The notes under the pieces were generated by a model, which did not search any database, was not told the origin of the DNA, and worked only from the letters and a program-made list of their open reading frames with translations. This document shows, one piece after another, positions 37,232-64,000 of a DNA stretch of 64,000 nt. Origin of the DNA: Chrysomallon squamiferum (taxonomy: Eukaryota; Animalia; Mollusca); the NCBI GenBank assembly GCA_012295275.1, contig CM022672.1:34906001-34970000 (forward strand), given 5' to 3'. Position 1 is the stretch's first letter. Each line of letters begins with the position of its first letter. A program made the translations under genes and the position numbers.

Positions 37232-38652
37232 TTCATTCATTTATTTATCGTTCATTTACAGTTATTAATTATAGGAATATTTATTTTCCAGACTCCACTC
37301 AAGAAGGAAAATCTACAGGAACATCAACCATAACGGCTTTGTCAGTCTTCGCAGCTATAATGACTTTGCTTTTCGTAATATCCGTTGTTTTTAATATCAG
37401 GTAAAAATGCTCATAGATTCTTCAACCAAATTAATTGTAATATGCTATAACTAAATATAATATACCAAAATACTTTATTTTAGTTGGAACTGAAATAATA
37501 ACTTTTCACAATTTGCTTATTTGATAATAAACATCATACGTATTAAGATATATATGCATGCACATCTTTATAGCTGATACAAATATATCAAAGATTGTAT
37601 TTACAGAATACTAGGCCGAAATATTTTGTACCTGATAACTTTGTTATTATACATTCACAGGATATATATGTGTATAATAGACTAAATCAACTGAAAGACT
37701 ATACCTTAAACATTTTCTTTTAAAATCAATATCAACAGCTGTGTCTGAATTTCGAGTACCGAGGCTCTATTAATTATCTGTGTAACAGTATCTCTCAACG
37801 TGTATAATATTTTAATTATATAAAATTTGCACTTACTACCTGATAATGTAAACATGAATACATTTTCAGAATGGCTCTGATTAGACGAAAACGACAGTCT
37901 TCTAAGGAACATTCAGTATCATTTGCTAAACAAGACAACACTCTTACAAGGACAGCAGCTACTCCGTCATCAGTGTATGAAGTATTTGACGAAGACGTCA
38001 ATATCGTCACACCACCAAATCACAATAACACTAAAACAGCAAACTTATTTTGAAACGATGCACAGTTACTGAGATATTGACGAAAATGAGATTTTCAGTA
38101 ATGGCGGCCTTAATTCGAATATTGTGCGGATTGCCCAAGGATGACAGAGTGGCATCATTCAGATTCTTAAAGAGCACATCTCAGAGGTATAGAAACAGCA
38201 AAAAAAATTTGTACGGACCGCAATGCACCTGTCACCGGACTATATTAATTATCTATGTAACAGTACCTCTCCGTGTATTATATTTTAATTATATAAAATT
38301 TACATTTACTAACTGATAACATAAAAAGGAATACATTTTCAGGATGGCTCTGATCATACGAAAACGATCATCATCTAGTGAACATTCAGTATCATTTGCT
38401 AAAAACAACAACAGTCATACAAGGACAGCAACTACTCCGTCATCATTGTATGAAGTATTTGATGAAGACGTCAATATCACCACAACATCAAATCACAGTG
38501 ACACTCAAACAGTTTCATCAGGTGATGCGGAGACAAGTTATGTAAACACTTCACATCAAGAAGATCTCAATACTCAAGAAATACACGATTATGATAAACT
38601 AGATATTGATGTTGTTGGACAGGGATCTCCATACGAGAAAATAAAACAGTAA
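28867..38652 (+). CDS. Gene B: MEGF10/Draper/SCARF-like multiple-EGF type I membrane receptor with a tyrosine-motif (ITAM-like) tail; one EGF exon carries a stop
   Basis: Exons: 28867-28945 (signal peptide); EGF 30232-30378, 31349-31495, 32251-32394, 32575-32727, 33202-33354, 33730-33876, 33994-34134 (TAA at 34062), 34480-34626, 34761-34901, 35510-35653, 36200-36343; TM 37292-37400; terminal exon 37870-38053 or 38343-38652. Confidence 0.82.
31928..32292 (+). repeat. 72-bp tandem repeat (5 copies) of a splice acceptor plus EGF exon start
   Basis: AG at 31961, 32033, 32177 and 32249 (AA at 32105), each followed by TA TGT CAG ACT GGT. Confidence 0.92.
36822..36912 (+). pseudogene. Degenerate, truncated EGF exon remnant
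   Basis: ccag|CA TGT CCA CCA TCT GTA ACT TAG.. is homologous to exon 33202-33354; has a stop and no donor. Confidence 0.7.
37292..37400 (+). CDS. Gene B transmembrane exon
   Basis: STQEGKSTGTSTITALSVFAAIMTLLFVISVVFNIR; phase 1 to phase 2. Confidence 0.85.
37870..38053 (+). CDS. Gene B short (truncated duplicate) cytoplasmic terminal exon
   Basis: ttttcag acceptor, phase 2; MALIRRKRQ..SVYEVF..TANLF-stop. Confidence 0.7.
38343..38652 (+). CDS. Gene B long cytoplasmic terminal exon with four Tyr motifs
   Basis: ttttcag acceptor, phase 2; MALIIRKRS..LYEVF..SYVNT..DYDKLDIDVVGQGSPYEKIKQ-stop. Confidence 0.82.
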
Positions 38653-38954
38653 TATGTATGTATCGATATGGACATAAATGGATTTAGATAGACATAGATA
38701 GATATAGAGATAGATCGCGTTCAAATACAGATTTTATGGGTACTGGTAAAATGTTTTATTAATTATCTTAGTAAATTTCTAAAACAGATACACTATAATA
38801 ATGCAGACAGATTTTTTTATAAAAGAAAGATTTCTATAAATATAAGTAATTTTAATCATTTTGTTATAGACATGTAAATAGATTTCTAGATGTGTATTTT
38901 CCAAATTAACAGAGAGGCTCTGAAAACAAATATTTAATTAACGTCTGACATCGC

Positions 38955-39420
38955 TCATTGTCAATATTTACTAACAGTCTTATTAGAACTGTAAATTATT
39001 TTTATATTCATTGTGAATATTTAGTAACAGTCTTATTAGAACTGTAAATTATTTATGTATTCATTGTGAATATTTAGTAACAGTCTTATTAGAACTGTAA
39101 ATTATTTACGTATTCATTGTGAATATTTAGTAACACAGTCTCGTTTGAACAGTAAGTTATTTATGTATTCATTGTGAATATTTAGTAAGACAGTCTCGTT
39201 AGAACAGTAAGTTATTTATGTATTCATTGTGAATATTTAGTAAGACAGTCTCGTTAGAACAGTAAGTTATTTATGTATTCATTGTGAATATTTAGTTACA
39301 GTCTCGTTAGAACAGTAAGTTATTTATGTATTCATTGTGAATATTTAGTAAGACAGTCTCGTTAGAACAGTAAGTTATTTATGTATTCATTGTGAATATT
39401 TAGTTACAGTCTCGTTAGAA
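38955..39420. repeat. 53-55-bp minisatellite, about 8 copies, downstream of the gene B stop
   Basis: Same unit as 18604-19235. Confidence 0.95.
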
Positions 39421-40389
39421 CTCAGAACTCTTCGTTTTCTTTCTTATACACAGCTGAAGCTCACCTGAGAAGAAAACCTAAATTATTATGATAAACATAA
39501 GTTTGTAAATGTTATGTTATAATGTACTAAGTGAATGCAGTTCAGAGTGATTTGTTATAGCTGTATTGCTTTGAATATAGAAATCAATCTTCGGCGAAGA
39601 ACGCTCATTTCTTTGTTTCGCAAAAAGCTAAAGAAGGTTTACAAGGTATTTAATGTATTCAGGGTATTTTCAAACGATATTAAAACTTTCTTTACCAGTT
39701 TTACAAATTTCTTAACAAGTCCTATATCAGAATTATTTCCCAAGAGATGTTTGATTAGCTCAAACAGTAATCAGACAGAAACTAGAGAACATTACACACA
39801 TTTAGTGATAGACGAATCCAAGTAATATTACGTTACACACAAGGCACGTATGTGTGCTTATTTCTGTGTTTCTGGTTTAGTTAATTATTGTGTATGTAGA
39901 TTATTTATCAGAACCATTCTTTCATTAAATATATTTTCACACAAGTGAAGTTCGTTTATATGTGCATAGAGCTATCATGTGGAAGAATGTAGATGTGTGT
40001 GCGTTGTAGATGTATATATCTAATAAACAGAAAATATACACACGCACATACACACAAATATACGTTTACATACATATGTCTGCACACGCAGACACACATA
40101 TGCACATATACACTCACTACAAACATACATACAAAGTTTCCATTTTATTTTTTGTTCACATTACAGTTGTATATTTATTACGTTTATTTATAAATTTCAC
40201 CTCATGTTAAAACAGATCTGATTTATGTAAAATGTTAAGGCTAAAGACTTTAGTAATTAATATGTCAAGTACTATAATTTTCCATTAGTATATTTTGGTT
40301 ATTGTGAAGTTAAAAACGTACTCTCATATTACACACACAGGCACACACACACAAACACAGACACACACACATACACACATGTTCAAGAC

Positions 40390-40530
40390 TGACTTGACGG
40401 CCGTGCGGTAACATCGTCCACCTTCGAGTGTCTTACGTTCGAGTCTCGTCAGCGGCATTTTGACGATGTTGGTGAGGTCGTGATTGGACTTTGTCCTCCT
40501 GCGCCTGAGAATTCCCGGATAATACAGAGA
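40390..40530 (+). mobile_element. tRNA-derived SINE-like remnant upstream of gene C
   Basis: A-box-like TGACGGCCGTGCGGTAA and B-box GTTCGAGTC at ~40437; homolog of 12520-12650. Confidence 0.5.
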
Positions 40531-41387
40531 CTAATCAGACCTACATAAGTCAGAGAACGTTCAATCATAAAATAGATACATGTGCATTGCATATGCTGAA
40601 AAAAAAAAGTTATAGACTAGCATACGTATGAATAGTGCCATTGTAATAGGAAGAGATTACTCTTCAATGGGAACACTCCGCTAGCTCGTTTCAGACATGT
40701 ACCCCGTCATGCGTGTCCTAGACACATGTTGTGAATCACATTAAACACTGAACTCTTAGCTTGAAACTTTTGTCTGGTTACAGAAGAGTCAACTGATCTG
40801 TTTTCACTACACTCGACCTAGTCCTCTGTTATGTCTGAAAGAAAACTTACGGCAAAGTACAAGATTATCTATGATTGTGGCGTTCCTGTCATATACCTTG
40901 GTGTATTAATAAAACTTTTATATTATATTAAATACTTCAATTTTTACTATTATTATCTGTTTTATCGCATGAACAGTGACGACATAGCAGTATTTTGAGT
41001 CAATCGCTCTAGGTCAAACAAACAGTTAAACTTTTTCTTTTATTATTAGATGAATTCAGCAGTATTCTGTGAGGTATACAGACACCCACTCACACACACA
41101 GTTACAAACATCACAGTTGACAATACAGGGATATTGCGACACTAGTCTGATAAGATAATGTATGTGAAAAGATTTCTGTCAGTTGTGACCTAATTACAGC
41201 ACGTAAAACCCGTATTCCTAGATCTAAATTTAACCTTAGTGGGTTCAATTTAACAGAAACACTCTCGATTGTACTTGAATATATTAGATGGTGTTTTCGT
41301 CTTTTCTCATTGATGAGTCATGACAAGAGTCTTGTCTCAACTCCCAGTTTTGCTTCCTGGTTTGTTTATCTACGAAACATTTTCACT
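40530..41387 (+). promoter_or_regulatory. Gene C upstream/promoter block (AP-1 at 41314-41320, ETS-like CTTCCTG at 41353-41359, kB-like GGGAACACTCC at 40669-40679)
   Basis: Block conserved among the paralogs; the motifs are consensus matches only. Confidence 0.5.
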
Positions 41388-57953
<16,566 letters not shown>

Positions 57954-58194
57954 TCGAAAAACTGATATTTTTCAGTAAAGAGAAAACTGATTTTACAACA
58001 TTCGGAATTGTTTTAAACTGTTTATGGAGTGATTAAATTAGTGCCATTTAATTATTTCTCTGAAGTATAATATCTTTGAATAACTGTACATTATAACTGA
58101 ATATGTAATATGGCATTATATTTTAAATATTTATTTTAGTAAATACTTACTTTGCTATTTAAGAAGTATAAAATTATATCCTAAGCAGCTATGT

Positions 58195-58227
<33 letters not shown>

Positions 58228-58340
58228 TTAATAATGTTAAAAACAAAAAACAATGTGTTACTGATTGTTACAAAAATGTCAACAGCTGCCAGTTTGATGA
58301 AATCATAAGCTCTGTGGTATTTGGACATTGTTCTTTTCAA

Positions 58341-58390
<50 letters not shown>

Positions 58391-59540
58391 CATAATAACT
58401 AGTTTATTGCTAGATTATTTCTGTTTTGCCTCAGAAACTTTGGTTTGTCTTAGTGACGATAACTGTATATTATTTTTATTGATGGATCTGCGATTATTTT
58501 GTAGTTTCATAATTAATGGGTTGATTATATTCTTTAAATATTGGATTTTTGTCTTAATTATTTCCTTAGTTGCTATTAATATATTTTGTCTTAATTAAGG
58601 TGAACTTTGTATTTTATAAACAAATGTGTACATCTTGGAACATATCCAGATTAGAAGATACTTTATCAATATTTTTATACATTGGTGTGTGTTATTGTGT
58701 GTAATATAGCTAATACTGCGTGTGATTCATCTGAGAATGGTGACGGGGATAATAAAGAAATCACAAAAAGTAAGTTTTAAAAGCCAGGCTGTGTATCTTG
58801 TTATTAATTCAATTAACGCCATCCCAGCATTGCAATAAGTTTTTTGTTTCTTTCTGTTCTCATTTCTTTTTTTTTTCTTATACAGTTATTTTAAACATAT
58901 TCCAAAAAATAATATACTGCATGTGCTTAAAGAAATACTTTCATGTAAATACTAATTACTACTATTTGTAGTTAAATTAAAAAAAGAAGCAAAAACAAAA
59001 ACAAAAAAATACCAGGCAAAAAAAAATCTCATAAAAATCCCATCTAACTACAACAAATTCATATATCCCATTTCAGAAAACAAAATGACATGGAATAAAT
59101 CACATGTAAGTGATAATAGACACGAACAACATAAAGAATCTTTCTGATTTGCTAAAGTTATTTATGATGAAAAATTCCGCGGGTTCTTATTTTGACAGCC
59201 GATATAAGCCGGTGTTTTGACACACACGTACAAGTTTGAATTTGTCCGCGTTTAAGGCTTACACGTTTAAACACGTGATGATAACCTTTCGAAAATTCGG
59301 CCTTTGTCTTTTAAATTCGGAAACTCACTAATTTTTTGATATTTATGAAACACACAAGAAATAACTAGTAGTAGTTTAAATAAATTATAAATATGTCAAG
59401 TTTACCACCTATTTAAAATGATAAAAATGAATATAAAATTCGTCTTAGTAATACTGTGCCTCCACTGTAAATGAAAACACCCCAAAACAACAACAACTAC
59501 ATATATATTATATCTATATAACAACAACAACAACAACAAC

Positions 59541-59605
<65 letters not shown>

Positions 59606-60450
59606 GTAGATGCTAAATAAATAATAAAAAAATTAGTAGTGGCGGTCATCTCTCCTCGCTATGATGATGTTGTAAATATATAGTTTGAAAAAATGAACCT
59701 TGTTTTGTTTGAATCTTAGTTAAAACAAAAATAAAACATTAAAAAAGTATTATATATAATAATAAATCATATCATAGTATGCCACTGATGATACCTTTTT
59801 CAATGTTTATTTTTTATTCATTCTCCTTTTTCGTTTGACGTTTTCTTCTTATCTGAAAATAAAATATCCAACAGTCATCTTAAAACAGTCATCATGTATG
59901 TTAAAAACACACAAAAAAACCCGTCTAACTTTCATAAACCATATTTACCAAACTATCATTTTGTTTTGTTTGTGTACATGTCCCTTTTCAACTTGACTCA
60001 AGACGGCGAACCGATCAAAAGGTTTCTTTTTAAAAAATATCTTGAAAAGCAGATAGAGCTCGCGCGTGCGTTCATGAAACACCTCTGCAGACAGCCTTCT
60101 GAATTTAAATTTGAAAATTAAAACACAATTTTGAGTTTGTTCGTCCCAGCGTTTCTTAGTTTATACAGTAACGGAACTTTCGCTAATTATATAATACAGC
60201 TTCTAAACAGCCCATGGACGTCTGCTTACTCTCTGCTATTTAGTTTTTTTGTAGTTACCCCCATTTTCTGATATTAATTAGCTAAACATTGAAGAACTGT
60301 AAAAATATGAACTTATAAACACTATTATACACTAGAGCTAAATAACATTACCGTAATATAAAATTATTAAAAAATTTCAATAAGTTGACATCAATATTTA
60401 CAGAAAAAAATGTGAACATTATAAAGAAAACAATAGTAATAATAATAATG

Positions 60451-60494
<44 letters not shown>

Positions 60495-61729
60495 AATAAA
60501 TAAATAAGTAAATCAATAAATAAAATGTTAGGGTTATGGTGATAGCCACGTTTCTCTTGAATATATACAAAATGAGAAGTACACAATAACATCAGAAACA
60601 ACGCAGTTACGACAAACAACATCAAAGACAACGACATAAAAATAAATAAGAATATTCACAGAATAATTCATTCAGTACTTTCGTTTCATATTTGCTTCAT
60701 AAGGAAAAAAAAATAAGAAAATAATAATAATGTATACTGAAATAGCGTGTGCATACTTTCGAAGAAACAGGAATAATGGTTACCAAAAAGCTAAAATTAA
60801 TGAGAAGTACACAGTAACACTAGGAACAACTCCGTTACAACTGCAACGATGGCGACGTTAATACAAATACAGGATGTGCACACTAAGAAATAATAATAAT
60901 ATATTTTAATAAAGGATGATCAGATTAGGACGGTGAGAAGAAAAAGCGATAAAGAGTAATGAGAAGTACACAAATAACCTTAGGAACAACGCTGACACGA
61001 CGGCAACGACTGCAACACTAGTTGAAACATACAAAGATACATACATACATACGTATAAAGAGAGTTAGGCAGGTATATAGAGCTAGGCAGGTAGGTAGTT
61101 ACTTACTCAGGCGTTAATAGATATAGTAACACAATGCTTAAATACAGGATGTGCACACTGAAAGTCAGACTAACAATTAATAGAAATGTTAACAGTATAA
61201 GCAGAAGTATACCAATAACATGGAGTACAAGCAGAAATAACGGCAACGACGGCACAGTAAGAAAGTAAGATTAATTTACTTGGAAATAGGATGTGCAGAC
61301 TATGAAAATAAGAACAATAGTTAATAAAAAGCACAAAACAATAATGAGCCGTACAGGAATGACGTTACGAACAACCGGTACGACGGAACCACTTCGATAC
61401 TAATACAAGCAAATCAAGATAGAGACGTACCTGCACACAAACAGAGATACACACACAGAAGAAGAAGAAGAACAACAACAACAACAGCAACAACGACAAC
61501 AACAATAGCAAAACAAAATTACATAAATTATGAACGGTGTGCAGCAATCACGCCTTTCCACTTATGTATGATTCTGTGTAGTTTAGAATTTTCAATATTC
61601 TCTGTGAACGTCTGATTAGACTCAGCACACAGACACTATTCCATCCATCCATCCATGTCCGTCAGTCCATAAATCCAAGAAAGCGTCCTTCCATCCACTC
61701 ATAATCCATCCTTTGTCTCGTTCCCTGTT

Positions 61730-63915
61730 TACCTAGTTACCTGTCTACCTATCTAGTTACCTGTCTACCTACCTAGTTACCTGTCTACCTACCTAGCTAC
61801 CTGTCTACCAACCTAGTTACCTGTCTACCTAGTTACCTGTCTACCTACCTAGTTACCTTTCTACCTACCTAGCTACCTGTCTACCAAGCTAGTTACCTGT
61901 CTACCTACCTAGTTACCTGTCTACCTACCTGGTTACCTGTATACCTAGTTACCTGTCTACCTACCTAGTTACCTGTCTACCTACCTGCCTACCTAGCTAC
62001 CTGTCTACCTAGTTACCTGTCTACTTACCTAGTTACCTGTCTACCTACCTAGTTACCTGTCTACCTACCTGCCTACCTAGCTACCTGTCTACCTACCTAG
62101 CTACCTGTCTACCTATTTACCTGTCTACCTAGCTACCTGTCTACCTACCTAGTTACCTGTCTACCTAGCTACCTGTCTACTTACCTAGTTACCTGAATAC
62201 CTAGTTACCCGGCTGCCTAGTTACCTGTCTACCTAGTTACCTGTCTACCTAGCTACCTGTCTACCTACCTAGTTACCTGAATACCTACCTACTTACCTGT
62301 CTACCTACCTAGTTACCTGTCTACCTAGCTACCTGTCTACCTACCTAGTTACCTGAATACCTACCTAGTTACCTGTCTACGTACCTAGTTACCTGTCTAC
62401 CTAGTTACCCGCCTGCCTAGTTACCTGTCTACCTAGTTACCTCTCTACCTAGTTACCTGTCTATCTAGTTACCTGTCAACCTAGTTACCTGTCTAACTAG
62501 TTACCTGCCTGCCTAATTACCTGTCTACCTAGTTACCTGTCTGCCTAGTTACCTGTCTACCTAGTTACCTGTCTACATAGTTACCTGTCTACCTAGTTAC
62601 CTGTCTACATAGTTACCTGTCTACCTAGTTACCTGTCTACCTAGTTACCTGTCTACCAACCTAGTTACCTGTCTACCTAGTTACCTGTCTACCTAGTTAC
62701 CTGTCTACCTAATTACCTGTCTACCAAGTTATCTGTCTACCTAGTTACCTGTCTACCAAGTTACCTGTCTACCTAGTTACCTGTCTACATAGTTACCTGT
62801 CTAACTAGTTACCTGTCTACCTAGTTACCTGTCTACCTAGTTACCTGTCTGCCTAGTTACCTGTCTACCTAGTTACCTGTCTACATAGTTACCTGTCTAC
62901 CTAGTTACCTGTCTACCTAGTTACCTGTCTAACTAGTTACCTGTCTACCTAGTTACCTGTCTACCAACCTAGTTACATGTCTGAGTTACCTGTCTACCTA
63001 ATTACCTGTCTACCAAGTTATCTCTCTACCTAGTTACCTGTCTACCAAATTACCTGTCTACCTAGTTACCTGTCTGCCTAGTTACCTGTCTACCTAGTTA
63101 CCTGTCTACCTAGTTACCTGTCTAACTAGTTACCTGTCTACCTAGTTACCTGTCTACCAACCTAGTTACATGTCTACCTAGTTACCTGTCTACCTAATTA
63201 CCTGTCTACCAAGTTATCTCTCTACCTAGTTACCTGTCTACCAAGTTACCTGTCTACCTAGTTACCTGTCTACATAGTTACCTGTCTAACTAGTTACCTG
63301 TCTACCTATTTACCTGTCTACCAACCTAGTTACCTGTCTACCTAGTTACCTGTCTACCTAGTTACCTGTCTACCTAATTACCTGTCTACCAAGTTATCTG
63401 TCTACCTAGTTACCTGTCTACCAAGTTACCTGTCTACCTAGTTACCTGTCTACGTAGTTACCTGTCTAACTAGTTACCTGTCTACCTAGTTACCTGTCTG
63501 CCTAGTTACCTGTCTGCCTAATTACCTGTCTACCTAGTTACCTGTCTACATAGTTACCTGTCTACCTAGTTACCTGCCTACCTAGTTACCTGTCTACATA
63601 GTTACCTGTCTAACTAGTTACCTGTCTACCTAGTTACCTGTCTACCAACCTAGTTACCTGTCTACCTAGTTACCTGTCTACCTAATTACCTGTCTACCAA
63701 GTTATCTGTCTACCTAGTTACCTGTCTACCAAGTTACCTGTCTACCTAGTTACCTGTCTACATAGTTACCTGTCTAACTAGTTACCTGTCTACCTAGTTA
63801 CCTGTCTACATAGTTACCTGTCTAACTAGTTACCTGTCTAACTAGTTACCTGTCTACCTAGTTACCTGTCTACCTAGTTACCTGTCAACCTAGTTACCTG
63901 TCTAACTAGTTACTT
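61730..63915. repeat. 16-bp satellite (ctagttacctgtctac)n with 20-bp variants, about 2.2 kb
   Basis: Direct tandem array. Confidence 0.97.
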
Positions 63916-64000
63916 GTTATGGTAATATAAATATAGACATATTTTTACTGTTATTTAAATATTATATTTTAATTTATATGTTTTGTTATTTATTTGATTT

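Noticed and set aside
40390-40470. Possible tRNA gene
   Set aside because: A and B boxes are present but I could not fold a cloverleaf; better explained as a SINE head.

Overview
AT-rich, intron-containing animal genomic DNA, probably molluscan (inferred from the gene family and repeat types), with one 200-N assembly gap at 16876-17075. The window holds a cluster of recently duplicated genes that share a signal-peptide exon (MAGCWISLQFLVC...) and a toolkit of symmetric phase-1 exons, each encoding an 8-Cys MEGF10/Draper/SCARF-type EGF repeat. Gene A (- strand, 11725 to ~250): signal peptide, F-type lectin domain (FTLD) and EGF repeats; no TM seen before an in-frame stop. Gene B (+, 28867-38652): signal peptide, 11 EGF exons (no lectin), TM, and two alternative terminal exons, the longer carrying a Draper-like YxxL-x10-YxxI motif. 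Gene C (+, 41388-57953): signal peptide, FTLD, EGF repeats, TM, an intact PTP D1 and a degenerate PTP D2, i.e. a receptor tyrosine phosphatase. A pseudogenised TM+tail copy and an inverted copy of the gene C 3' flank sit on either side of the gap. Also present: a degenerate Tc1/mariner, a Gmr1-like Gypsy remnant, tRNA-derived SINE remnants and several satellites. Best candidate for a new system: paired activating (ITAM-like) and inhibitory (PTP) lectin/EGF receptors, plus a possibly secreted form, assembled by exon-cassette shuffling, with the lectin domain diverging almost only by amino-acid changes. Exon boundaries were read by hand from GT/AG sites and reading frame; there is no transcript evidence.
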